This document shows positions 22,740 to 34,870 of a stretch of 64,000 bases of DNA, piece by piece. The DNA is from Ylistrum balloti (lineage: Eukaryota): positions 124,001 through 188,000 of the forward strand of contig NW_026782804.1 in NCBI RefSeq assembly GCF_031769215.1. The letters are read 5' to 3'. Both the position numbers and the translations under genes were made by a program. Position 1 is the first letter of the stretch, and the number at the start of each line of letters is the position of its first letter. Below the pieces are notes generated by a model. It saw only the letters and a list, made by a program, of their open reading frames with translations, had not been told where the DNA came from and searched no databases.

Positions 22740-25604
22740 CACTGACGAGTCCTAAACGGTGTGATACAGTTTGATCTGTTGTAGCGACACTACACGGTGT
22801 GATACAGTTTAATCTGTTGTAGCGACACTGACGAGTCCTAGACGGTGTGATACAGTTAAATCTGTTGTAGCGACACTGACGAGTCCTAGACGGTGTGATA
22901 CAGTTTAATCTGTTGTAGCGACACTGACGAGTCCTAGACGGTGTGATACAGTTAAATCTGTTGTAGCGACACTGACGAGTCCTAGACGGTGTGATACAGT
23001 TTAATCTGTTGTAGCGACACTGACGAGTCCTAGACGGTGTGATACAGTTTAATCTGTTGTAGCGACACTGACGAGTCCTAGACGGTGTGATACAGTTTAA
23101 TCTGTTGTAGCGACACTGACGAGTCCTAGACGGTGTGATACAGTTTAATCTGTTGTAGCGACACTGACGAGTCCTAGACGGTGTGATACAGTTTAATCTG
23201 TTGTAGCGACACTGACGAGTCCTAGACGGTGTGATACAGTTTAATCTGTTGTAGCGACACTGACGAGTCCTAGACGGTGTGATACAGTTAAATCTGTTGT
23301 AGCGACACTGACGAGTCCTAGACGGTGTGATACAGTTAAATCTGTTGTAGCGACACTGACGAGTCCTAGACGGTGTGATACAGTTAAATCTGTTGTAGCG
23401 ACACTGACGAGTCCTAGACGGTGTGATACAGTTAAATCTGTTGTAGCGACACTGACGAGTCCTAGACGGTGTGATACAGTTAAATCTGTTGTAGCGACAC
23501 TGACGAGTCCTAGACGGTGTGATACAGTTTAATCTGTTGTAGCGACACTGACGAGTCCTAGACGGTGTGATACAGTTTAATCTGTTGTAGCGACACTGAC
23601 GAGTCCTAGACGGTGTGATACAGTTTAATCTGTTGTAGCGACACTGACGAGTCCTAGACGGTGTGATACAGTTTAATCTGTTGTGACACTACACGGTGTT
23701 TAATCTGTTGTAGCGACACTGACGAGTCCTAGACGGTGTGATACAGTTTAATCTGTTGTAGCGACACTGACGAGTCCTAGACGGTGTGATACAGTTTAAT
23801 CTGTTGTAGCGACACTGACGAGTCCTAGACGGTGTGATACAGTTTAATCTGTTGTAGCGACACTGACGAGTCCTAGACGGTGTGATACAGTTTAATCTGT
23901 TGTAGCGACACTGACGAGTCCTAGACGGTGTGATACAGTTTAATCTGTTGTAGCGACACTGACGAGTCCTAGACGGTGTGATACAGTTTAATCTGTTGTA
24001 GCGACACTGACGAGTCCTAGACGGTGTGATACAGTTAAATCTGTTGTAGCGACACTGACGAGTCCTAGACGGTGTGATACAGTTAAATCTGTTGTAGTCC
24101 TAGACGGTGTGATACAGTTTAACACTGACAGTTAAATCTGTTGTCCTAGACGGTGTGATACAGTTAAATCTGTTGTAGCGACACTGACGAGTCATAGACG
24201 GTGTGATACAGTTAAATCTGTTGTAGCGACACTGACGAGTCCTAGACGGTGTGATACAGTTTAATCTGTTGTAGCGACACTGACGAGTCCTAGACGGTGT
24301 GATACAGTTTAATCTGTTGTAGCGACACTGACGAGTCCTAGACGGTGTGATACAGTTTAATCTGTTGTAGCGACACTGACGAGTCCTAGACGGTGTGATA
24401 CAGTTTAATCTGTTGTAGCGACACTGACGAGTCCTAGACGGTGTGATACAGTTTAATCTGTTGTAGCGACACTGACGAGTCCTAGACGGTGTGATACAGT
24501 TAAATCTGTTGTAGCGACACTGACGAGTCCTAGACGGTGTGATACAGTTTAATCTGTTGTAGCGACACTGACGAGTCCTAGACGGTGTGATACAGTTTAA
24601 TCTGTTGTAGCGACACTGACGAGTCCTAGACGGTGTGATACAGTTAAATCTGTTGTAGCGACACTGACGAGTCCTAGACGGTGTGATACAGTTTAATCTG
24701 TTGTAGCGACACTGACGAGTCCTAGACGGTGTGATACAGTTAAATCTGTTGTAGCGACCCTGACGAGTCCTAGACGGTGTGATACAGTTTAATCTGTTGT
24801 AGCGACACTGACGAGTCCTAGACGGTGTGATACAGTTTAATCTGTTGTAGCGACACTGACGAGTCCTAGACGGTGTGATACAGTTAAATCTGTTGTAGCG
24901 ACACTGACGACGACGGTGTGATACGGTGTGTTTAATCTGTTGTAGCGACACTGACGAGTCCTAGACGGTGTGATACAGTTAAATCTGTTGTAGCGACACT
25001 GACGAGTCCTAGACGGTGTGATACAGTTTAATCTGTTGTAGCGACACTGACGAGTCCTAGACGGTGTGATACAGTTTAATCTGTTGTAGCGACACTGACG
25101 AGTCCTAGACGGTGTGATACAGTTTAATCTGTTGTAGCGACACTGACGAGTCCTAGACGGTGTGATACAGTTTAATCTGTTGTAGCGACACTGACGTGAC
25201 GAGTCCTAGACGGTGTGATACAGTTAAATCTGAGTCCTAGACGGTGTGATACAGTTAAATCTGTTGTAGCGACACTGACGAGTCCTAGACGGTGTGATAC
25301 AGTTTAATCTGTTGTAGCGACACTGACGAGTCCTAGACGGTGTGATACAGTTTAATCTGTTGTAGCGACACTGACGAGTCCTAGACGGTGTGATACAGTT
25401 TAATCTGTTGTAGCGACACTGACGAGTCCTAGACGGTGTGATACAGTTAAATCTGTTGTAGCGACACTGACGAGTCCTAGACGGTGTGATACAGTTTAAT
25501 CTGTTGTAGCGACACTGACGAGTCCTAGACGGTGTGATACAGTTAAATCTGTTGTAGCGACACTGACGAGTCCTAGACGGTGTGATATAGTTTAATCTGT
25601 TGTA
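22740..25604. repeat. 48-bp satellite (long block), hammerhead-derived monomer
   Basis: About 60 highly homogeneous copies with a few deleted monomers. Confidence 0.97.
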
Positions 25605-26477
25605 TGCTTCTACTGCATCTAATTCTATAATTTCATATTTACGAATATAAATCCTTATTCATACAATTTTAACTGTAGGAGGTACGATGGACAATTGACA
25701 GATAGTTGATAGGTTTATACGTTTGTGTATGGAATTTTAAATCTACGTCATTAAATATATTTACGGAATTGTTTTTAAGACATAAAAGAGCGCTGTACCA
25801 ACATATTAGATATAGGAAAATGTAGAGACACCAACGTGCCAAATGTTGTGTATTGCAGAGTAATAAAAACGTGAAATCTCTGTTTATAGTGGTTATATGT
25901 GAAGAGTGTTGTTGACACACAGATCTAGAAAGTTTACAAAGGATAGGGCCGCACATATTCTAATGCATTACTGATGGTGAAGGGCTGGTTGTATTTGTGT
26001 TAAAGGTGTAACGAATGCATAGAAGGCCTTTTATCGGATTACGGGACGTGTACTGATAAGTGTTTGTTAGTTACGGAACCATCGCAATAAACCCATGACA
26101 CGACGGAAATGTTTTAAGGAAGTAAATCATTGTTCCACACCTGTTCTGAAATAACATGCAAACATGTTCCCTACCTGCAGAAAACAGGGAATAGTGTTAG
26201 GTGCTCTCAGCGTCCGCGGTATTGGATGGTTCATATGACAAGCATCTTATATATTCTTTAACAATAACTATTATGTTGATATAAATACGTGTGACTGTGT
26301 TTCATATTAAAGTTGTATTGTACACGAATGCATTCATAATATATTTATGCAATTGTTCTAATAATGTTATTGTAACTTGTGCCCAATCCTTAACGGCAAT
26401 AAAATATATTTAAACTAAATGTTCCCTATCTGCCGCAATATTACATGACACACAGAAATGATTACCCTCATTACCTT

Positions 26478-28726
26478 ATTTTGGGTATAGGGTTTAGGGC
26501 TCGGGTAATGTAGCCTGTATTGGTTTAGGGTTTAGGGCTCGGGTAATGTAGCCTGTATTGGTTTAGGGTTTAGGGTTCAGGTAATGTAGCCTGTATTGGT
26601 TTAGGGTTTAGGGTTCAGGTAATGTAGCCTGTTTTGGGTAAGGGTTTAGGGTTCGGGTAATGTAGCCTGTTTTGGGTAAGGGTTTAGGGTTCAGGTAATG
26701 TAGCCTGTTTTGGGTAAGGGTTTAGGGTTCAGGTAATGTAGCCTGTTTTGGGTAAGGGTTTAGGGCTCGGGTAATGTAGCCTGTATTGGTTTAGGGTTTA
26801 GGGTTCAGGTAATGTAGCCTGTATTGGTTTAGGGTTTAGGGTTCAGGTAGTGTAGCCTGTTTTGGGTAAGGGTTTAGGGTTCAGGTAATGTAGCCTGTAT
26901 TGGTTTAGGGTTTAGGGTTCGGGTAATGTAGCCTGTATTGGTTTAGGGTTTAGGGTTCAGGTAATGTAGCCTGTTTTGGGTAAGGGTTTAGGGTTCAGGT
27001 AATGTAGCCTGTTTTGGGTAAGGGTTTAGGGTACAGGTAATGTAGCCTGTTTTGGGTAAGGGTTTAGGGCTCGGGTAATGTAGCCTGTATTGGTTTAGGG
27101 TTTAGGGTTCAGGTAATGTAGCCTGTATTGGTGTAGGGTTTAGGGTTCAGGTAATGTAGCCTGTATTGGTTTAGGGTTTAGGGTTCAGGTAATGTAGCCT
27201 GTTTTGGGTAAGGGTTTAGGGTTCAGGTAATGTAGCCTGTATTGGTTTAGGGTTTAGGGTTCAGGTAATGTAGCCTGTTTTGGGTAAGGGTTAAGGGCTC
27301 GGGTAATTTGGCCTGTATTGGTTTAGGGTTTAGGGTTCAGGTAATGTAGCCTGTTTTGGGTAAGGGTTCAGGGCTCGGGTAATTTGGCCTGTATTGGTTT
27401 AGGGTTTAGGGTTCAGGTAATGTAGCCTGTTTTGGGTAAGGGTTAAGGGCTCGGGTAATTTGGCCTGTATTGGTTTAGGGTTTAGGGTTCAGGTAATGTA
27501 GCCTGTTTTGGGTAAGGGTTAAGGGCTCGGGTAATTTGGCCTGTATTGGTTTAGGGTTTAGGGTTCAGGTAATGTAGCCTGTTTTGGGTAAGGGTTAAGG
27601 GCTCGGGTAATTTGGCCTGTATTGGTTTAGGGTTTAGGGTTCAGGTAATGTAGCCTGTTTTGGGTAAGGGTTAAGGGCTCGGGTAATTTGGCCTGTATTG
27701 GTTTAGGGTTTAGGGTTCAGGTAATGTAGCCTGTTTTGGGTAAGGGTTAAGGGCTCGGGTAATTTGGCCTGTATTGGTTTAGGGTTTAGGGTTCAGGTAA
27801 TGTAGCCTGTTTTGGGTAAGGGTTTAGGGCTCGGGTAATTTGGCCTGTATTGGTTTAGGGTTTAGGGTTCAGGTAATGTAGCCTGTTTTGGGTATAGGTT
27901 TAGGGTTCGGGTTATGTAGCCTGTTTTGGGTTAGGGTTTAGGGATCGGATATGTAGCCTGTTTTGGGTATAGGGTTTAGGGTTCGGGTAATGTAGCTTGT
28001 TTTGGGTTAGGGTTTAGGGATCGGATATGTAGCCTGCTTTGGGTTAGGGTTTAGGGCTCGGGTAATTTAGCCTGTTTTGGGTTAGGAATTAAGGGCTCGA
28101 GTATTGTAACTTGTTTTGGGTAAGGGTTAAGGGCTCGGGTAATTTGACCTGTATTGGTTTAGGGTTTAGGGTTCGGGTAATGTAGCCTGTTTTGGGTAAG
28201 GGTTTAGGGCTCGGGTAATTTGGCCTGTATTGGTTTAGCCTTTAGGGTTCGGGTAAAGTAGCCTTTTTTTGGGGTAGGTATTTGGGTTCGAGTAATATAG
28301 CCTGTTTTGGGTTAGGGTTTAGGGCGCGGGTAATGTATGTTGTTTTTGGCTAGGGTTTAGGGTTCAGGTAATGTAGCCTGTTTTGGGTTAGGGTTTAAAG
28401 TTCAAGTAATGTAGCCTGTTTTGGGTTAGGGTTTAGGACGCGGGTAATGTAGCTTGTTTTGGGTTAGGGTTTAGGGTTCCGGTAATGTAGCCCTTTTTGC
28501 GGTAGGGATTTGGGTTCGAGTAATGTAGCCTGTTTTGGGTCAGGGTTTAGGGCACGGGTAATGTAGCCTGTTTTGGGTTAGGGTTTAGGGTTTGGGTAAT
28601 GTAGCCTGTTTCGGGTTAGGGTTTAGGGTTCCGGTAATGTAACTTGTTTTTGGTTAGGGTTTAGGGTTCCGGTAATGTAGCCTGTTTTGGGTTAGGGTTT
28701 TAGGGCGCGTTTAATGTAGCCTGTTT
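26478..28726. repeat. 38-bp telomere-like minisatellite GGGTTTAGGGTTCAGGTAATGTAGCCTGTTTTGGGTAA
   Basis: TTTAGGG/TTAGGG motifs in every unit; 76-bp dimer block at about 27290-27860; diverged 3' end. Confidence 0.96.
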
Positions 28727-29339
28727 AGTTATTCTTCCTAATATTTTGCAGGGACACTTCAACTGAAGATACTTCAATACCTAGTTTTTATTGATTTGCG
28801 CTAATGACTTATATGTTAGGTTTACTCACATTTCCACAATTTAGGTCCAAAAAGGACAAAACAGTTGTATGCTCTTAAACGTCTATAATATTTGAATTAA
28901 GGGGTTCATCTTGCCATTTAGAGTTTAACATTTCTCACGATGGTTTTATACTATCATCAGTCGTCTCCTAGGTTTCAGGATTAAGGCGAGTCCTAGAAAG
29001 GACAGCTTATGATTCGGTTTCTTTGGTTCTGATCTATCTAATTGTAAACTGGTATTTACATGTGTGATTGACTTGTGTGTCTTATGTACAAGATTCGAAG
29101 TTGCAGGTAGCAAACACTGCCGATGTGCTCTTAGTCACAGAAAAGTCTTTTTTCTGTATAGGTATCATTTTCAGAGATTGTTCAGGAGTTACAAGATCTA
29201 CTGAATAATTATAAAGATATTCTAAAATACTGAAAAAAAACGAAAGTGTAGTGAGAAATGGAAAATTAAAGAAAAAGATTTAATCCATGTTAATGCATTT
29301 ACATATTCACGGGTATGCTTGATTTGATAACAATCCCAA

Positions 29340-29480
29340 CAGTGCTTGAAATTAGATTTCTTACCAAGTTAGAAAAAGTGGTGTTTGCACTTTTTACACA
29401 ATATAGTAATATGAGCTATGCTGCAGTATTTTGATAAGCATGTTGGCAGCCTTGTTAGTTATGGATGTGAGATATGTGGT
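29340..29480 (+). mobile_element. Short non-LTR retrotransposon RT C-terminal fragment (clade unassigned)
   Basis: FDKHVGSLVSYGCEI (29430-29474) resembles the LFD..V...L.YG.E.WG motif; shares TTGATAAGCATGTTGGCAGC with the 32.6 kb fragment. Confidence 0.6.
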
Positions 29481-29824
29481 TCACTACAGGTAATTAACAC
29501 TACAATGATACATGCATATTCTAGTAAAAGATATGTGGTTCACCACAGGTAATTAACACTACTATGATACATGCATATTCTAGTAAAAGATATGTGGTTC
29601 ACCACAGGTAATTAACACTACTATGATACATGCATATTCTAGTAAAAGATATGTGGTTCACCACAGGTAATTAACACTACTATGATACATGCATATTCTA
29701 GTAAAAGATATGTGGTTCACCACAGGTAATTAACACTACTATGATACATGCATATTCTAGTAAAAGATATGTGGTTCACCACAGGTAATTAACACTACTA
29801 TGATACATGCATATTCTAGTAAAA
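29471..29824. repeat. 59-bp minisatellite GATATGTGGTTCACCACAGGTAATTAACACTACTATGATACATGCATATTCTAGTAAAA
   Basis: 6 copies, starting inside the LINE fragment. Confidence 0.96.
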
Positions 29825-30233
29825 AAAATACATAATGTTCAAAAATCTTCCTCAAAACCTTTTACATATTTTGAAACAAGAAATTAGGAATAATCAAATA
29901 TAAGTTTGAATTTCTACTTTGAATATTGTTTATATGATTTGTTAGGACCAACACGAGACTGTTATAACTGGGTTTGTAAAGGTAAGCTTGTGTCACTTGG
30001 TTCAGATATGTATGCCATGCTTTAATTCATGTACGCTTTTCTCAGAAATTCACAGATAATACAATTGAACCATTTATTGATTAACGGAAGTGGTCCACTT
30101 CCACATCTAGATTTCGTCATTTCTAACGATCTCTTTGGATTTCCCTCGGATTAAGGAAAGTTCTAGAACGATGAAGCAGCTGTATGATGCAGTTTACTCT
30201 AGTCTACTCTATCGAATTCTAAACGCACATTAA

Positions 30234-31076
30234 AGGGGCTATTTAGTCAAGCAACGTTTTTCTGTTCAGCTGGAAATGAAAATATGTGTGTTCTAACTAA
30301 CAAATCTGTACATAATAGTTTTCTCCTACGTAGCCAATGTCCAGTGTGGTCAGTTTAAAATCTGGGGAAGCCCCCGCCAAAATTAGCGATAATCCAAATA
30401 TAACGCGAAACGCTGCGACCTTTGGCGGGAAGAAGACTGTTTGTAAACAAATGCACGCGATGTGGAGGCATCAAGTGACGAAACGGTGAGTCTGATTTCA
30501 CGTTAACTCATTTCGTAAGGAAATCATGAAAGAAATTGCGTGGTAATTACTTAAATCCACGCTGAATTGTTATTTGATGGTTTAAATCCGCCAAACACGG
30601 TCTGACATACAAAAATATCACCCGCAATGATGACTTATCACTTACCAACAGTCTAGGTGAGTCTTCACAGCTTCTTCATTACTTTGGAAAAAGTTTTCTT
30701 TCTTGAACTTGTCCCACCTCTCGTACTGCTCTACTATTGTTATTCGAGGGTGAGCTTTCTACGTTTTGTGTGCGATGACGTGACCCGTTTGCCACGAACA
30801 CGCTTCGGCTGGAAAGCCATTTTTTTTTTAGTTTTTTACAGACGTGTTTGCGCATGCTCATAGGTCAAAGTGTGCATAGGCGGCTTGCTCATTTGCATGT
30901 ATCGTGTCTGTACAGACGATTAGGATTTCCCATATAATTAATTTAAAAAACCGGTGGAAAACACGCGCTTGTATCAATATGTCGGCGAGGATAGTTCATA
31001 AGGATTATAGAACTAGATTTTTACGGATGAATTTGTAACTAGAAGAAAAATAAACAAACTTGACTAAATAGCCCCT
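30234..31076. mobile_element. Non-autonomous DNA transposon with TTAA target site, Kolobok-type
   Basis: Perfect 18-bp TIR AGGGGCTATTTAGTCAAG / CTTGACTAAATAGCCCCT with TTAA at 30230-30233 and 31077-31080; purine-purine start fits Kolobok rather than piggyBac (CC); no transposase ORF. Confidence 0.85.
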
Positions 31077-32454
31077 TTAAAAGGTACCTTTCACTTGTGT
31101 GTCTTTTATACAAATCACTTTCATATTGAATTATTGTATACTTCCTATCGAAATTCTGCTATCAAACGTCCTTATAAGCTTCACGACATTAGGCTGAGTA
31201 CAAAACTCAAAAACAAAATAAACAACATGTTTTCTTTATGATCATATACATATATATTTATACATATGTGTTTGACGATATGGTTAGTTGGCACTTTCTG
31301 TATACGAAGACTGTACAAAGGAAACGCAAGTGAACAACACCTTCCAATTCCGATTTAGATCCAGTCATATAAAGTAAAGTCAAAATACAACCTTACTGGT
31401 ACTGAAATACAAATGTGGTTTATTCAGTATGTTGGTGAGGATAAATCAGACCACAGGTTACTCGATTTATTTGTGAAACCTGAATATTTTAACAAGGTAT
31501 ATATACCTATAAAAAACTGCACGAGACCTTTTGTATGAATTAGCATACCGACTCTAGATACAATGTACTGTTACTTTATTGTACCCATTTCTTTTTTAAC
31601 TACAATTCAAGATGGCCCTCGATGTATATAGATTAATATGACGTAAATGATTCCGGACACGTAATCGGTTTTTATTTTACGGAGTTTCATCAACTTTCAG
31701 TTTTTCTGAACATCCATGTTTTAGATTTTTCGTTTTTGCAATCATATTGACTTTCCAATTTACCAGACAGATTGTCTAGCGTGAACTTGACGTTTAATAA
31801 GTACCTAATATATATACATGACATTGTTTGGTTTCTCTTCGCAGGTGTGCCCGCTGATTTCTTGTTGTTTTCATACTAAATCACAGAGTGTTGTCAGGAA
31901 CACTGTGATCCATACAGTACATCATCTACGGCAAAGCCTTACGTACTTACAACAGAACACATTTATTGAAAGATAATTGTTTAAAATGGATGTATATTAC
32001 GAATCTTTGTTTAATTATAATTCTTTCATTTTTGATTTGGCACCTGAACAAACATATATACATGGAATCTGAGTAGAACCCATGACCTTTTCTATTGGCG
32101 ACCAACATCGGAGTATTGTCTGTGCGCCTCCCGCATCCGTTAAACTCTCATAAACAGCATTTGTTGTTTGTTTTCCTGTGAAGCATACTTAACCTTGTTG
32201 ACTTCAACAGAGGTTTTGTAGTCGTTACCACGATAATGTAAATAAAACAAACGCCCAAACTCCTCACAAAAAAGTCACAGCGTCTCCATGTTTGTTTATA
32301 CTGCTGTTGTGTTGATTTCCAAAAAGTGTTTTACTGTGTTGATCGAGTTAACATGTGGCTCAAACTTTCAAAATTTGGAATATGACGAAAACTAGTGGAT
32401 TTTATTTAGTCTTGATATGGAAAGTAAAATCGCGTATAAATCTCTGATTTCTTT

Positions 32455-33000
32455 TTGTTGGAATCTTACTGTGAATATTGATAAAACGAAGGTTACTTTA
32501 TACCGATAGACACAATCTGTGTTATCTAGGGATAAACCGCAGTTTAATTACATATTTTATAGTATTCAAAAGCAGATTTCTAACCATGGTAGAAAAGCGA
32601 TGTTTCCACTATTTACAAAATGATGTAATATTAAAAATATGCTTCACGTCTTGATAAGCATGTTGGCAGCATTTTATATTCTAAATGTGATATGGGGATC
32701 ATAAAATGCAATTGACAGAGTTCTTTTTTATTTTGTAGACGAATATTTAATTTTAAAAAATCGACCTCAATTCCTTTGGCAAATTGTGAATGAAGTCGTC
32801 TTCCTGTTGAATATTACAGGAACTTTAGAATGATTAAATACTGGTTTGAATTACTAACTTCTGGAAATTGTATTTTGAATTGTGTATTAGATTTGTAAAG
32901 AAACGGAAATACAAGACACTGTTTCAAATGGGTTATTTTTGTTAAAGAATTAACTTTTTTCGCTAGGTTTAATATGTGTATTTGAAAACAAGATATGGTA
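32455..33000 (+). mobile_element. Decayed non-LTR retrotransposon RT/C-terminal fragment (possibly RTE/RTE-X-like)
   Basis: WNLTVNIDKTKV (32459), GRKAMF (near 32590), DKHVGS (near 32655) and RMIKYWF (32827) occur in the expected order; frameshifted. Confidence 0.7.
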
Positions 33001-33670
33001 TGCCCATTACTCTACAGATACTTTAACGCTCACCAGACAGCGAATTTGTGACCAGGGTCGACAACATTTATCAGTCATATTTATACACAGTTTATTGATA
33101 AGGCTTCTCTGCCATTTAATTTATGATAGAAAATATCAAATTTGTCTAACTAAAGTACGTGTATCTTGATATTGTTGATGAGTTGGTCGGTACCATGATA
33201 TACCCCGGATAGACAATTCTATAACATGTACACTACAACATGACACATTTAAGATAAATACCGTGATATTCTTTAACGTAATGGTATACAATTTCTACAA
33301 ATAGGTACATTGTACATCAAACTTACCAGTAGAAAATTCCAGCTGTATTTAAATTGATGCTGGTATTTAGAGTAAAGTATATCAAAGAACTGACTCTCAG
33401 GGTAAATATGTACATAAAAGCCAGACAAGTGAAAATAATTGAATATCTCAGTCACTTTGGTTTGGATACGCCATGCTGTAAAATGTTGGTTAAGCTTGTT
33501 GATTGCCGGGCCGTAAGGCCAACAATGCTTAACAAATTACATTGAAAATTGACAGATTTGCGATTGTATCGGTTTCATGTTTTCCAGTGAAATTGCTTAA
33601 TTCGAACTAAAGAAAAATAAATTGTAAAGGTGTATATCTACTTTTATTCCATTTACCAGCGAAACCATTT

Positions 33671-34140
33671 AAACAAGATACCCAAAAGTGATTCAGATCA
33701 AACTGGGATACCTTCAAAAGAAGATAGATTTTAAAGAATGTGTTCTATTTCATCTAGGGAGTCGAGATCAAATGTTTAATGCAAAATTGATTTCTCTTCA
33801 GCCAAAGAATTTTAATATCGACTTTGGAAAGAAATCAAATTATTGCTGTAGATTTTTCTTTCTTTCCCCTATTGATCCCACCCCTTGTGCTCCATGATGC
33901 CAAGACCCGCCGTCTACACAAAATCGATTCCTTTTCATCAAAGGATGCTTCAGTCCAAAATGTAACAAATTCACCTTTTTGATCCTGACTTTCATTCCCC
34001 GGGAGGGTTCTACACACCATGTATACCAACTTGATTTTCCTTTACTCAATGATACTTTTGACCAAATTTGGTCAAAATTCACTCAATCGGTTATGCCAAA
34101 TAGTGTTTTGAAGACATTATTGACGGACGACGGACGGCGA
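33671..34140. mobile_element. Possible Helentron-associated (HINE-like) non-autonomous element
   Basis: AAACAAGA at one end and GACGGACGACGGACGG at 34122-34139, an arrangement known from bivalve HINE-like repeats; boundaries not proven. Confidence 0.3.
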
Positions 34141-34740
34141 GTTACGACATAACATAAGGAAAGCAGCCACATCAACTGAAACACTACAGTAACTTGATGT
34201 GTTTCCATGGGGATCAACGTATTATAAAAGAAGAACATTTGCGATACAGTTCTATTGTATAATTGACAATAAATGCTGTTTATCGCTTAATGTTTAATCA
34301 TCAACATGGCGATGACGACAAAACAATTCCTTAAATGTCTGTGTCTATAGTGAAACTCGACCTAAAATCTTCCCTACACGAGGCGAAGAATACGAACCGC
34401 TGTTTTAGCAGTTTGATTGGATTGTACTGACATGGCAGTTATATCCTCTGTGAATGACGTTAAATTACAGGTAGACAAGACAATACTTGCTTATGGAATA
34501 AGTAAGTAATGCCGTGCAATTAGATAAGAATACTCGCGAAAATTCAATAATATAAGACTTTTATAGCGACCTACTGCGTTTAGCACGTCCTAGTATTCGA
34601 GGCAACAAAACAAAATATTATTGTTCCAGAAAACAACAAGAAAACACCAACATTTCAACATAATAATACTCCAAACTCAAATTCAATAAAAAGGGCAAAA
34701 TATGAACAACGGAGACTCCTGAAAAAGTCAAAGGTAATAA

Positions 34741-34870
34741 GACCAGGTGTTCCGGAAGGATGAATGTCTTCTGGTTCATGGACGAAAAGCGCCATATAAT
34801 CTTTGGTCAATCCAAGTAAGTTGTGTCACGTTCCCAAATGAAAACACGGTTTGCAACAGCGGGAGCAACA
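34741..34870. mobile_element. Dispersed repeat family X, copy 1
   Basis: Core GGTCAATCCAAGTAAGT..GTCACGTT..CAAATGA.AACAC shared with 54423, 55800 and (inverted) 58240. Confidence 0.7.

Larger units (their letters stand above)
17969..22790. repeat. Tandem segmental duplication: copy A 17969-20752, copy B from 20753
   Basis: TACTATCTGAAAATAAACGC recurs at offset 2784; I saw no differences in the unique parts; copy B lacks 515 bp of the 42-bp array (ORF end offset 2269). Confidence 0.93.

Noticed and set aside
20471-25604. CRISPR-like appearance of the regular arrays
   Set aside because: Units are head-to-tail with no unique spacers, there are no cas genes, and the context is eukaryotic.
22740-25604. 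Active hammerhead in each 48-bp monomer
   Set aside because: After CTGACGA-GTC-CTA-GAC the sequence is GGTG, not GAAA, and the opposite strand has no core.
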